NCBI GenBank assembly: GCA_963575745.1
Contig: CAUYUJ010000001.1
Span: 2,232,001-2,296,000 of the forward strand
Origin: Prorocentrum cordatum
Lineage: Eukaryota
DNA: 64,000 nt
Reading direction: 5' to 3'
The notes under the pieces are model-generated. The model was not told the DNA's origin, ran no database searches, and was given only the letters and a program-made list of their open reading frames with translations. Positions within the stretch are counted from its first letter, which is position 1. Each line of letters starts with the position of its first letter. Shown here piece by piece: positions 48,901 to 62,134 of this stretch. Position numbers and translations under genes: made by a program.

Positions 48901-49885
48901 TCCCGACTTACCGACTTAAGGGCAAGGAGGGCCCACCTTAATAATTCTTTCGACTTGGAAACCGACAAGTTCGCATGAATGCATGCCGCTTCTGGTGGTT
49001 ATAACAAGACGCCAGGTACGCAAAATTCACGTATTGAACTCTTGATTTGGCGGCGCTCCCGCACAGGAGCTCCTACTAAACAGGGATGCGTTGGCAAATG
49101 TCATTGGCAACGTGGATGAAGTGTTGATTGGGTTGTCGATCATGCAGAGGCTGTTCAAGCTGATGGATTGCACAACCATGAAAATTGGCCTGTACGGCGT
49201 AGGGGACACATTCCGCGAAGAGGTCCTGGCCCCTTTCGAAAAATTGTACGTTTGCAACATGGTTCAGTGTGGTTTTCTGTGTTGCGTCATTGTCGTATCT
49301 GCAGTGGCAAAGTACATACTAGATAGGCCGAGGAAGTACTGGCACTGCGCAAAGAGCGGGCGATGGTTCCGTTTCCGCTTTGCCTACAAGGCACATTTGC
49401 GCGTTCTGGAGAAGGATTCCACGTTTTTATCCCGGCTGGGATTGATGAGGAAGCTAGCGGTCTGGAGGCGCCCAGAGTTCACTGCGGTACATTTCTGGTC
49501 GGAGATGTCCCTCGCCTTCATCGTAATGGTTTTCTTCGTGTTCAATCAGGGGCTGTTGCTCTTGACGTTCTCAAGTTCCGACTCGCCTAAGGCGATGATG
49601 GTAGTCGCCGAGGTTCTCATGATGCTGTCTGCCCTCCTCGACGTTGTCTTTGTGTACACATCTCCTTCTCGCCGGAGCGAGTTGGTGTCGGCGAGTTTGT
49701 ATGTCGGTTCCCAGGGCTGTCCAAATGGCAGGCTATCCCAGGGGCGTCGGTGCGGGATGTTGGCGCTGAGAGCAGATAGAACCACAGATACGCAGCCGCC
49801 AGACATGGAAAAGCACGATTCTGCGGGGGAAGGGGGGGGGAGGAGGAAGTGGTGCTACGCGACACCAGAGCGCAATCTCGCGTGA
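39935..49885 (+). CDS. Multi-exon gene for a large multi-pass membrane protein (boundaries approximate; core 46180-49700 best supported)
   Basis: In-frame joins across introns 46337-46397 (GE|VLKYF), 47679-47812 (FNG|IDN) and 48578-49066 (QIE|ELLLN); several hydrophobic helices alternate with long helical loops; the upstream exons are tentative. Confidence 0.55.
42440..43307 (+). mobile_element. Non-autonomous Helitron-like element, copy 2
   Basis: a|tcggagg...ccgggaaatcgatttcgg start; ggtgtccc and 12-bp gagatcgatagt repeats; end ttatcacccgaagggtggtcgcatagt|t. Confidence 0.7.
44500..44905 (+). repeat. Dispersed repeat (shorter copy ~50742-50955)
   Basis: attgttttgccgatcggcgcgggccct, gtttcaagcaggtggag and caatgtcgaaacgccgaat are shared by both sites. 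Confidence 0.85.
44980..45314. mobile_element. Degenerate TIR element (family also at 47685-47810 and ~48165-48207)
   Basis: Left end aaagataccgacaccgctgttttccc is an imperfect inverted repeat of right end ggggagcagcggcatcggtaccctgttt. Confidence 0.55.
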
Positions 49886-52299
49886 TGTAGCGCTGCGTCA
49901 GGAGGCGCCGCAAAGTCGCCACCTCACGCGCTGGCTGGGCCTGCCAGAGCTTCGGCACCGCCCAGCCCGCCCAGCACCGCCTCGTCGCCGCCATCGGGGG
50001 CCTGGCCCGGCGTGCCGGGTGTTCGCCGGGTGCCCGCCCGTCGCCGCTCCGTCGCCGCCCGTAGAGTGCACCCCGCGGAAGACACCGCAGAGCTTACGCC
50101 CGATAAGTTTTGCCTTGAACGGAAGAGCGTCCCCCCTGGCAGAATTCAATTTGCGGCCCCTCGGAATAACGGCTACCACCCTCCCCAGACCAAATTGAGC
50201 GGCGCCGACCATGACAGAACGCAATCTACAGATGATCATGCGTCATGGCTCGTGCTGCACATCGGCTCGTATACCCCAGCCAAGCTGGCATCAACCGTCC
50301 CCCCGCCATCTCTTGCAAGAAACAACAACCATGCGGTGCGCATGCGTTGATCCAGTAAGTGATTTTGCGAATCATCCCCTGAACCAAATGCACTATGGGG
50401 CACATGCGCGCACGGGCGCGCGCACGTCGAAACCTTGTAGCATAATCTCGCGTTAGACCATGTTCCAACATGGTTGGTTGGAATTTGTCAAGAACCATTT
50501 GTAAGTCAACATGAGGTTGCCTGAATTCTGCGCGCGGGGCGTTGAGCCATACTGTCAAATCAGACCATACAGGCCACTTGCGCGCGCATGTCGAAAACGT
50601 TCAACAACCATCGCGCAGCCCACCAACCCTAATACCATGTGGGCCACGCGCGCTATCATCATCGTGATCGTCATCATTGCCATCGTCATCACCATCATCA
50701 TCACCATCGTCGTCATCATTATTGTGGTCGTTATTTTATTAATTGTTTTGCCGATCGGCGCGGGCCCTCGCACCCGCCCCCCGCTTCCCCCCCATGGAGT
50801 AGATCTGCCTGTTTTCGGCGCCTGTTTCAAGCAGGTGGAGTCTCCCCCCAGAGGACGCACGGTTCCAAACAGCCGAATCAAACAGAGATCCTGAGCCAGA
50901 CCTTCCTCCTCCCCCCCTTTTCGCCCAATGTCGAAACGCCGAATCAGAAAACGCTGACATTGGTTCCGTCGATACCGTCACCCTGGGTCATATTTCCGAG
51001 CGCGGGCACTTAGTTAATATCGTCACCAGCACCATCGTCATTAACATCGCAGGCGTCATCGTTGCCACCGTCCCTATAACCACTATCAGCCTCATCACCA
51101 TCACCATCGTCATCGGCGTTGACATTGCCTTGTCCCCATCGCCACTGTCATCACCAGGCACCAGCGTACTCACCACCGGCATCGGCATCGCCACTGGTGT
51201 CGCGGACGTTCCATCGCCACCACCATTTCGCGACCAGCAGGACGGACTTCTCTGCGCAACAGAATTCCACGCGCCCGTGCGCTCGTTGAGATCATGGTCA
51301 GATGAGCGTTTCCAAGAAATTGCGGGTGGGAGGGTTGGGTTTTCGCACGAGCGTTGGAGTTGACGGTTGCAATTTCCACAGGCGGGTTCGCTTTATATTC
51401 GAGTTATAAATTCTACGTTCCACTTTTCCGCGCCCAGGGTTAACAGTCGGCTTGTTCGAATTGCAATGTGCATATGGGTCTGCTTCATCGTCGCTCATCT
51501 TCCACATGAAAGCATACCATCCCAGCCAAACCAGTACGGTCACCCTGTCACCCCATTGGAATAATACAATGCGTGCGCATTCGTTGGTCTCGACGGATAG
51601 TGTTACAATAACCCCTTTTCCAAAACGAACCAAACAAAACAGCACGCGCGCACACATGTCGAAATCATACTGCCCACATTGGTGCTGCTGGCATTTCAGC
51701 TGAAGCAAACAAAAGTATCGCAGATATTCTGCCCTGGCGCATTTGCTGAAACCATAGGTGAACATTATGAGTTTACCATGCCGTCCAGAACCCGCATTCT
51801 CATTCCGACACGCGATGCATCAGCGTTGAACTTACATGCGCCCAGTGAACGAACCTGCCCCGACTGATACCATGCGGGCCACATGCGCGCGCCACGATTT
51901 GCGGGTGCTGACATCCGTCTAACACTTTTCCCTTCCCAAAACAGCGCTTGCACGTAGGAGCTCTTATTGCTTGTTTGTCATAAGGAACTTGGCCTCCGTG
52001 GCGGTCTGGCGGTTCCGCGGTCGCCGTCGCTGCCCCGTCGCCGCCTCGTCGCCGCCCGTCGTCTGGGCCTGCGTGGCGGTCTGGCGGTTCCTTGGTCGCC
52101 GTCGCCGCCCCGTCGCCGCTTCGTCGCCGCCCGTAGGTTAGCTTTTTTTTGCCAAGAAGGTATTCGGATCTATACCCCCAGATGCGATTCTCCCCCGTCG
52201 CCCATTCGAAATATGGATTCGTACCAGACCAGCCAAGCCGGCATCGACCCCCCCCTCATCCTCGGCCTAAATGACCTACGCGCCCACACCCGTTAATCA

Positions 52300-55200
52300 A
52301 ACATCACCCGTTTGCAACTATATGTTGCGAGAAAGGTGCGAAGTGAACACGCTCGCGTCGTCGCGCGCGCATGCCGAAATCTTTCAAAAAACGTAGGTGT
52401 CGTAAGGGTTTCAAAATCGAGTGTCCCGAACACATATTTCTGAACGTGGATTCGCAACACAGGTGTTCAAAACAACTTGCGTTCGTGCTCTTTCGAATGC
52501 TTAAGGAAACCCTGAAGTGTTCAACAGTGTCATAATATGTTACGAAATGGGCCTCTCGCGCGCGCACGCCTAAATCGTTTGAGCGGCCTTGCGCGCGTGC
52601 TGTCGCAAGAATCCCTTGCAAGAGAAACGGGACGAAGTGCCCACGCGCGCGTCGTCGCGTGCGCATGAAATCATCAAACAAAATTGGTTTCGCAAATAGT
52701 TCGAAATCGATTGTCCCGCAAACACATTACAGCATATAGTTCGCAACATTAGATTGCGAAGGCCTTACGGACGGTGCCGCAGACCCTCAGAACGACGAAG
52801 ATGAAAACGAGTGGGGGGCAGGGGGAGGAGGATGTGGGAGGTGGAGGAAGGGTGGAGGAGGTGGATGAGGGAGGAGGAGGGGGTAGAACGGAGAAGGATG
52901 TATAGGAGAAGCAAGAGGAGGAGAAGGAGGCTGAGGAAAGCAGGAAGAAGGGGAGCAAAGGGGGGGAGAAGGACGAGGAGGAAGAGGAGGAGGCCAGAGG
53001 CTTTCTTGGGACAGCCTGGGGCTCTCTTGAGGCCGTCTTGGACCGTCCAGGGCTCCTCTTGCGCCGTCTGGAAGCACTCTTGGAGGCCTCCTGGGCAATT
53101 TGGGGCTCTCCTGGGATGTCTTGGGGCAGTTTGGGGGCCCCTTGGGAGCCTCTTGGGGCCTCTTGGGGCTTCTTCGGGCCTTTTGGGGGCCTCTTGGGGC
53201 TGAGAGCTCGAAATGTCCGTTCGGGTCACCCGTCTGGGCATTCTCCTGGAGCCGTATTGGGGGTCTTCTGGGCCGTCTTGGAGGCGTTTTGGGCCGTCTT
53301 GGGGCCTTCTTCGGCCGTTAAGGGACACTCTTGGGGGCCTCTTGGGCCGTCTCGGGGCGATCTTGGGGGCCTCTTGGGCCGTCTTGGCGCGTCGGGAAGC
53401 GGAAGAGGCAAGAACGCCAAAATATGTTAAAAATTTATGGGGGATCCATGAATGTTGCCTCTTGGGCCTCTCGTGGGAAAGCTCCCAGAGGCCTCTTGGG
53501 GCGCTTTGCAGGCCTCTTGGGCCGTCTGGAGGCCGTCAAAGCGTCTTGGACAGATCGTTCAGCGATTCGGGGTTATCTTGGACTGTCTTTGGGGACTCTC
53601 GGGGCACTTTTGGCCCGCCTTGGGGCTTTTTGGGGCTCAGGGACTCTCCGGGGGAGCATCGTACCTGACCCCCACCCCCTGGACACCCCCCCGGGACCCC
53701 CCCCCGGGACCCTCTGGCGGGTGAGGGATCGAAGGGAAGGGGCTCCCCTTCGACTAAATAACGACGTTGTTCAACTTCGCTTTGGTTGGCGCACTGAGGA
53801 GGTCCCCAGGAAAGGGGGGAGTTTCGACGAGGCCAGGGAAAGGGGGAGGCAGGGAAAGGGGACGACAGAGACGACGACCAACGAATGACGGAGATGACAA
53901 GTTGAATGGACAAGCCCCTTACTTACACACGCCGACAGGGTCGGTGGATCATCAGATGTCAAAAACCCTGCGCTCGTGCTCTTGCGAATTCTGAAGGAAA
54001 CCAAACGCTGTTTTTCAGCATCTTCATTACATTCGGCCAAACGAGCCTCTCGTGCCGCAAGTCGAAGTCATTCGAACACCCTTGCGCGCGTGCTGGGGGG
54101 GGCACAATCCGTGTCAACTAATACCAGTCGGGCCACTATCGCGCGTCAGCAACGTGCGCATGTCAAGCTCCCTCCACAGCTTTCATCACCGACGCGAGGA
54201 CGCCCTCATCGTCGTCGGCGTGATCAGCATCGGCGCCGTTACTGGCCGTGCCGTCGTCGTTGTCATCATCACCAGCAGCACCGTTACTATCATCATCGTG
54301 TCTACCGCTGTTGACGTTGCCATGAGAACGCGCCCGCCCAAGTCGCCGACTCGCATTGCAAGAGCCCGTTAGGATGTGCCCAGCGGTCAGCGCCACCGCG
54401 GCCACGTTGGACGTGCTAAACTAGCTGGCCGCTGCGCGCGCGAGCACGCGCGGGCTAGAGCGGCCGCAGAAATTCACTAGCCAACACCAAACAGTCATCG
54501 CAATCGCCGCCGCATAGGCTTCTTTGCAAATTAAGTTGTGGGTGGGTGGGTGGGATGATTGCGCGAGCAGCGGAGTTGCCAACTCAGTGCGAACAGAGGT
54601 GAATTGCACAATATAGATTCTCCTTTCTGGAAGACTGCTAGATTCTACCCCCCCCCCGGACTTATCGGTTACCCCGCGCGTGCTGTAAATTACATATGGT
54701 TATGACCACATGTCCATCCTAAATATGAATTCATACCATCCCAGCCAACCCGGGTTCCCCCCCCCTGCGGGTCCCTTTGGAAAAAACACTATGCGGTGAC
54801 ATTTTTTGTTCTAACAGAAAACTTTTTCACGAATCCCTTGCAACAAATGGGACGAAGTGCACACGCGCGCGTCGTCGCGCGCGCATGCCGGAATCCTTCA
54901 AAAACCTTCGGTGCCGGAAGGATTTCGCAATCGAGTTCCCGAAAAACATACAAAAACACATGGTTTCGCAACACTGATTTGCTAAAACAACTTCCGCGTG
55001 AGGTCTTGCGAAATTTTAAGAAAACCATAGGTTTCCAAGATTTTCACAAAATGCTACCAAACGCGCTTCGCGCGCGCGCATGTCGAAATCTGTCGAACGC
55101 CCTTGCGCGTGTGCCGTCGCGAGAATCCTCTGCAAAAAATGGGACGAAGTGCAGACGCGCGCGTCGTCGCGGGCGTATGCCGAAATCCTTCAAAAACCAT

Positions 55201-55300
55201 CGGTTTCAGAAGGATTTCAAAATCGTGCGTCCAAAAAACCTACAAGAACCCAAGGTTTCGCAACACGGATTTTCAACAAAAGCGTGCGCGCGCGCGCTCT
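52300..55300 (+). repeat. ~290-bp repeat family (units at ~52330-52750 and ~54830-55300; fragments at ~50400-50620 and ~53960-54090)
   Basis: gacgaagtgc..acgcgcgcgtcgtcgcg.gcgcatg..gaaatccttcaaaaac recurs. Confidence 0.85.
52995..53645. repeat. Degenerate ctcttgggg/gccgtcttgg minisatellite
   Basis: Directly visible. Confidence 0.85.
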
Positions 55301-55302
55301 TG

Positions 55303-55333
55303 CGTCGTCGTCGTCGTCGTCCTCCCTCCTCCC

Positions 55334-55368
<35 letters not shown>

Positions 55369-55975
55369 TTCTGTCTTTCCTCGTCGTCGTTGTCGTCGTC
55401 TTGGCGTCGTCGTCGTTTCCGTCGTCGTTGTCGCCGTGGTCGTCCTTCCTCCCTCGTTGTCTTCGTCGGCGTCTCGTCGTTGTCCCTCCTATTTCGTCGC
55501 CGTCGTCGTCGTCGTCGTCGTGGTCTTCACTCCTCCCTCGTCGTTATCCTCCTCCCTCGTCGTCGTCGTCGTCCGTCGTCGGCGTCTCGTCGTCGTCCTT
55601 TCATTTCGTCGCCGTCGTCGTCGTCTTCGTCGTCGTTGTCATCGTCGTCGTCTTCCCTCCTCCCTCGTCGTTGTCGTCGTCGGCGTCGCCGTCCTTCCTC
55701 CTTTTTCGTCGTTGGCGTCGTCGCCGTCTTCCCTCCTCCATCGTCGTTGTCGTCGTTGTCGCCGTCGTCGTTTTTTCTCCTCCCTCGTCGTCGTCTCCGT
55801 TGGCGACGTCGTCATCGTCTTCGTCGTCGTCGTCGGCGTCGTTGTCGTCGTCGTCGGTGTCGTCGTCGTCGTTGTCGCCGTCGAAAACATTGGAGACGTC
55901 GTCGGTGTCGTCGCAGTCGCTGTCGGCGGCGCCGTCGTCGTCGATGTCGCTGTCGTCGTCGGCATCGGTGTCGTG
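55303..55975. repeat. Degenerate (GTC)n array
   Basis: Directly visible. Confidence 0.95.
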
Positions 55976-56259
55976 GCCAAGTGCCATGTGGTACCTACCG
56001 TCACGGTCTTGTCTGAAGAGGTCTTGCGACCAAGTTGCGGGTGGGAGGGTGGGATGTTTGCACGAGCAGTGGAGAGGACAGCTTCAAGACGGTCAAGATT
56101 AATTGCACCACGTAGATTGTTCCGCATAGACTGCACAACGTAGATTGCGCACCACAGATGTTGCACCACACCACATAGATTGCACAACATCATTGGGAAC
56201 GCCTGACGCGGCGTGGACGACGACGCTGACGCTATGGAGCCTTGATTGGGGCTACCTTG

Positions 56260-56495
56260 GGGGCCTCTTGGGCTCTGTTGGGGCTGGGGCCAGGGCCGGG
56301 GTCGGGGTCGGAGCCGAGGCTGGGGCGGGGGCCAGGGCCAGGGCCGGGGCTGGGGCCAAGGTTGGCGGGGCTGGGGCCAAGGCTGGGTCGGGGGCCCGGG
56401 TCGGGGCCGGCACCCCCGGCTGGGGCTAGGGGCGGGGTTGCGACCAGAGCTGGACCTGGGGCCGGGGCTGGAGGGGCTGAGGCGGGTGGAGGGTC
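56260..56495. repeat. G-rich (GGGGCC/GGGGCT/GGGGTC)-type hexamer repeat
   Basis: Directly visible; many G3+ runs. Confidence 0.85.
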
Positions 56496-58959
56496 CTGGG
56501 CTCTCCTGTTGGCAGGGAGACCACCCCCTTGTCCCCCTTCTCCACGGGGGACCGTTTGGGGGGAGGGGTAACGACCCCCATGACCCCCGCCGGGCCCTTC
56601 CCCCCGGGACCAACGACCACACCATAAGGATCGGGCCTTTTGAAATCAGTTATACAAACCGAAGCATTGGCATAACATCAAGCATTCAGTGTGTACCTCG
56701 TCTTCTGGCACCCTAACTGCAATACATACCTCATTTTAGTACGATGTGAGCCATATCTCGTCTACGCGCATCCACTACTACTATTAGTTTCTCCACCAGA
56801 GTATGTTCAAATGCTAACTTACATATTAGCGCAATACTAATCTCGTATTGCGTCCATCATAAATGTAGCACGCGTGGATAGTAGATGTGTTTCCGGCCGA
56901 CCTAAGAGTTGGAAGGTATCAGTTTTTGAATTATGTTACATGCATGCTAGAGTCACCTTACAGGTCCATCAGGCTTATTCCAGAGTGATTCAGCGCGTGC
57001 CTTAGATTCGTCGCAGACGCACGTCAAAGTCGTGTTTGAAGTTTACAGTCCATCTTCAATTGGTCTCACAACTTTTGCAGAATTACAGCAAAAATAGTTT
57101 GTTCTGTCCTGGGCCCGCGACTCTGGAATCTAAGCGAAAGGCGCGCACGTTGGTTATTCGCATGTGAACATGGGAATAGTGTCGGTGATAACGAATGACA
57201 AGCTTGTTTCGGACCCTCGAGGGGGAGGGCCCACGCGGGTTTCCCCGGCGTTTCGGCGCCGCCCCCATCGGCGCCCGCGGGGGGGGGCGGGGTCGCGCGG
57301 GAAGGAGGTGGTCTGCTGCGCGAGGGGGCCGAGGGCGCGCTTTGTTTCTCCGCCGAGGGGGCCCCGACGCGCCTCCCGCCAGCCCCGCGAACTCCCCCCC
57401 CCCAGCGAAAGGGCGAGGAAGAGGGCGAGGGAGAGGGGGGGGGCGCGGGAGGGGGGGGCTCACCACAGCAACGACGATCGTACCAGAGCCAGCTTGGCTT
57501 CAGGAATTCACGGCCAAGGATCGGAAGCCTGGCGAGGTTGCCAACCCACGTGTTCGGCAGGACCAAATTCGCACAATTTTATGCAGCGCGTCAGCGCGCA
57601 GCGACGCCAGTCGCGGCGGGTGCGTCGGCACCGCCATTGCAATCGTTTCTAGAAGTCGGTTCCGAGAACTGCATCTGACCCACGGCCGAGGCCGAGGCGC
57701 CCGTGACCAGGGCAATGAGCGACCGCGAAGAGATGCGCCCCACGCGCTGCAGGACGCGCCAGGCGACGGAGGCGCCCAAACACGCCAGGCCGCGCTTCGA
57801 CACGCGGCGGTTTCGCAAAACGGGGGGCCGACGGCGAGAGGACGACTCCAAGAGGCAGGGGGCCATGTTCCAAGACAGGCGGGGGCTCCATGTTTGTTTT
57901 TTGTTGGAAGGCCCGCGAGCGCGATTTTCCCTACTCCAACCACTCTGTCCGCAGCGTTTCCAGCCCTTGGTGTTACGAACTTCCCGTACTGAGCTGAAAA
58001 ATAGGAGCACTAACTTGAGGTGGGGGGGGCTCCTGATCTTGCAGGGGCAAAACGGAAGTGCCGATCGGAGCTTTTCGGACCGAGAGCAATCGGCCGACAG
58101 TCGGGGGGACGGTGCTTGCAGGGCGAGCGCCCGCCTGGGTGCGTAAGGAGTTGTCCTCCTCTTCCCCCACCCCCTTTGCCCTGGCCGCCATCCCTCCCCT
58201 GTCCTCCCCTTCGTCCTCCCATGCTGCCTCTTAGGCTAAGCATGCCCCTTGGGTAGGGGGTCGATCCCCTTCGAGTTGGCTCATTTCCCCTGGATTTTGC
58301 AGTGGCCTCGGGCGTTCCCCTTTTTTCAGAATGTCGGCGTGATAAGTGCGTCGTAAGTGCGGCAAGATAGTAATTGATTAAACGGAAATAGATGGGGAAA
58401 CCTAGGCTCAATCCAGAAACCCGCCCCGAGAATGTATTCAAGACTTCCTCTGCCCGCCCCTTAGATTTACCAAAGTGTTTTTGTTCGCCACGCCCCTTAG
58501 ATTTACTTTAGTTTGTGCTTTGGAGGCCCCGGAAGTTCCCCTGCGAAACCCAACGTTCGTTACCTTAGATGCTCGCCTCAAATTAGCGCATGTGAACTTG
58601 AATCCCCCCTTGCCTTTCCTGGCAGCACTTACGCCTTACCTAAACTTCATCGCATGCACCTTGGAAACGTACAGCTTAGCTTTGCTCCGGAAATTTAAGG
58701 GGCCCTGGTCTATAGGCAGAACCTCCCCGCCCAGAGGACCCCCCCATGCAGGGAAGGGTTCAAAGGGAACGGATTCCTCTCGGATCAATTACGGCGTTGT
58801 CGATTTTCCGTATGGTTGGATTGAGGAGGAGGGCCCAGGGAGGGGGTGAGCGGGAGGACGACGAGGAGGACGAGGAGGAGGACGACGACGACGATTCAAA
58901 CGGAAAGACGTCTGACACATTCCGAAGGGTCGGCGGGTTTGCATCAGATCTGTTGCTCC

Positions 58960-60035
58960 AGCTATATTGCGCGACGTAGATTGTGCAACATAGACTCCTC
59001 AACCTATATTGCACCACGCATAGAGGCACACATCTAGTGTACAACCTACACTGTACCACTTATATTGCACCACCTCGGGTGCACCACATGGGTTGCACAA
59101 CCTACATTACACAACATCGAATGTACAACATAATACTGCACAAATTGGGTTGCAACACATAAATTGCACAACGTATCTACGCAACAAGTATAGTACCACA
59201 TAGATTGCACAGCACATAATGCCAGAAACACACGGTTTGCTGTCCACGCTGGCGAACATTGTCTTGAACGTTTCAAGATATAGTTGTCAAAAGCATGCGA
59301 AACAAAACCATGTATATGTTAACAGATCGGTTGTAGAATGCTTGAATTTATGCGCGCGCATTTGCTCATCACCCTTATCAGTTTCATCGCATCACCGCCG
59401 TTTTCGTCATCGTCAAATGCCGCCCTGGTTGCCATCATCATCACCACAGTCACCACCATCACCGACACATTGACATCATCACCGACATCGTCGTCACCAG
59501 CATCAGCGCCGTCAGTGGCATTGCCGCGGTCACCGACATCATCGCCACCACCATCGCTATGATCATCATCGTTGCCGTCATTGTCGATGGCATCATGATA
59601 TCGCGCCCGCCCGAGTCACCAACCCGTTCTGAAGTGCCCGTGCGCTAAAGCGGACTTTGAGACGCGTTGGGAAGTTCCCATCGGTAAGCGCTATCGCGGC
59701 CGCATCAGTTGCGCCATGTCAGTTGGTCGCTATGCGCGCGAGCGTGCGCGCGCCACCGCGGCCGCACAGACGCGCTAGCCAGCTCCAATCGGGACCTCAA
59801 TCGTGGCCGCAAGGGTTTTGTGGAACAAGTTGCGTGTAAGAGGGTGGGATGTATGGTGAGCATTGGCACGAACGACTTCAACTCTTTCAAGGCGGATTGC
59901 ACGACATGGGCTAACCACGTACACTACGCCACGTAGACTACTCCACCGTAACTGCACCACACAGATTGCGCTGCATTGCTTGCACCACATAGATTGCACG
60001 ACATAGCCGGCACCACGTAGATTGCACCACATTGG
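58960..60035 (+). repeat. Short gattgcaccac/tagattgc degenerate repeats with a CAT/CAC tract (related copy ~56100-56190)
   Basis: The (ta)gattgcac(c/a)ac motif recurs at 56100-56190, 58960-59215 and 59915-60035. Confidence 0.7.
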
Positions 60036-60253
60036 TGGCAGTTGGCATCCTATACACGCAGGGTGCAACAGCTCATGTTTTGCGATGTTTGCTGGACCCA
60101 GTACACGCATTGGTGCAATATCCTGGTATCAAGGACCATCGGGGTCGTCAGGGCGCCCCTCGATGTGCCAGATGCGCGGTGCCGGGTGTTCCGCCAGCAT
60201 GTCGGAAACCATTATTTGAAACCAGCATGTCTTGGAGCCTCAAAGGTCTGTCC

Positions 60254-60480
60254 ATGAAGATAGCGGCGTTCGTGCTTCTGCTCGTCGTCGCCGCGCAGGA
60301 GGGTCACAGCTTTTACGGCTGCAAGGACAACGATCCCATATTTACGACAGAGGGCGACGGTGCCTTCAAAACAAAAGGCAGCGGCGGCGGCATGATTCTT
60401 GTTGTCGCTTGCGCTTTTTCCGTCAGAGTTGATCTCTTCGCACATGTACACGGGTCATGGCTGCCCTACATGGCGAGACC
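60254..60480 (+). CDS. Possible first exons of a secreted or membrane protein
   Basis: MKIAAFVLLLVVAAQEGHS is signal-peptide-like; GT-AG intron 60360-60426 joins in frame to ELISSHMYTGHGCPTWR. Confidence 0.3.
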
Positions 60481-61393
60481 AATTTTCACCTGATGGTCCC
60501 TCTAACTCGTGGTCCCCCGACGCTTTACCTATACCCCTCTGGTGGCGCCGATGCACATTTGCACCCCGCTACAGCCTAATCCATGGCCGTTGTTTGCTGC
60601 CTGTGAAGCCACCGATGGCCGCTCAGCGGTGCGCAGAGGGGCCCACGAGAGCTTCGCTCGCGAGAGATCGCAGGGCTGACCTCGTCGCGTTCGGCGGGAG
60701 CTGGCTGAAGACGGCGGGAATAAGACATTGACGGCTCCGTTGGCGGAGGCAGGCGAGAGTCTCGCGGAGGCCAGTGGGAGTGAAAGATGCACCCCCAGAA
60801 GATGCCATTGCGTTGTTGATCCAGGGCTTCCCGAGCTGGCCAGATGTTCATTGCTTGCATCTCACTGCTGTGCGGCAATCCGTCCCCGACCATCCTCTGC
60901 TGTTGGGTTCTCGCGCTTTTCCGCTGTGCCGCGGGTCTCTTCTCCTCCTTCCTACCCATCCCCCCTCCCCTTCCTGCCGCGTCTGCTGTTGCTGCTGCTG
61001 TTGTTCCCACCCCTCGCTGTGCTGGTCCCAACCTGGGTGCTCGTGTTGAATCAGCTCCGCCGCGCGTCTCCCTCAGGGAAAACGTTAGGGGGAGATGAAA
61101 TTCAGGGAGAAACGCATCGGCCCCCAATCGCCCACCGATCGCCGACACAGGTCCGATAGCCCGCCCCCGCCCAGGACCGTGCGGTTTGGCTGTCGGGGGC
61201 CCATCGCAGACCTATCGGCGACGCATCGCCGAGATGTTTCTCCCCCTGAGCCGGTGCCCCCCCCTTTTCGTTGCCCCTCACCTCCCTCCTCCTCCCTCCT
61301 CCCCTCCCCTCCCCTCCCGCTGCTGCTACGCTTCTGTCTGCATGTTGCTGCTGCCGCCGAACAACTGCTGCGCCGCCCCGTTTCGAATTCGGC

Positions 61394-61725
<332 letters not shown>

Positions 61726-62134
61726 CGCGCAGATCGTGCCCCACAGGGAGCTCCACCAAGGGCCTCGGTGGGTGTATTTGCATGCGGTTCCCGTGGCAAT
61801 TTCGGCACAATCCGCACCTTAAATCGTGGGCCCCCGAACGTGGTGAGTCAATGAGGATTCGGGGTGACCGCACGATTTTTGAATTGGTCGTTCTCCGAGG
61901 ATGTCTCGGGCGGCTGGGATCCCCAATACACATGTTCTCTGTTGAATGCAGGTAGCAAATGAAAACCGGAAAGTCAGGGAGCCAGAACGGCTGCCAACCT
62001 ATGTTTTTCCCAACCATCCTGTGGTGTTGGGTCCTCGTTTTGAAGAGACGGTGCCCCGCGTTCCTCCTTCCTTCCTCCCGCTGCCCCCTCCCTCCCCCTT
62101 GCCTCTGCCCTCCGCATGTCTCTGTTTCGGCACA

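Noticed and set aside
54796..56625. Arg/Ser/Val/Asp-rich ORFs
   Set aside because: Translations of the GTC and G-rich repeats.
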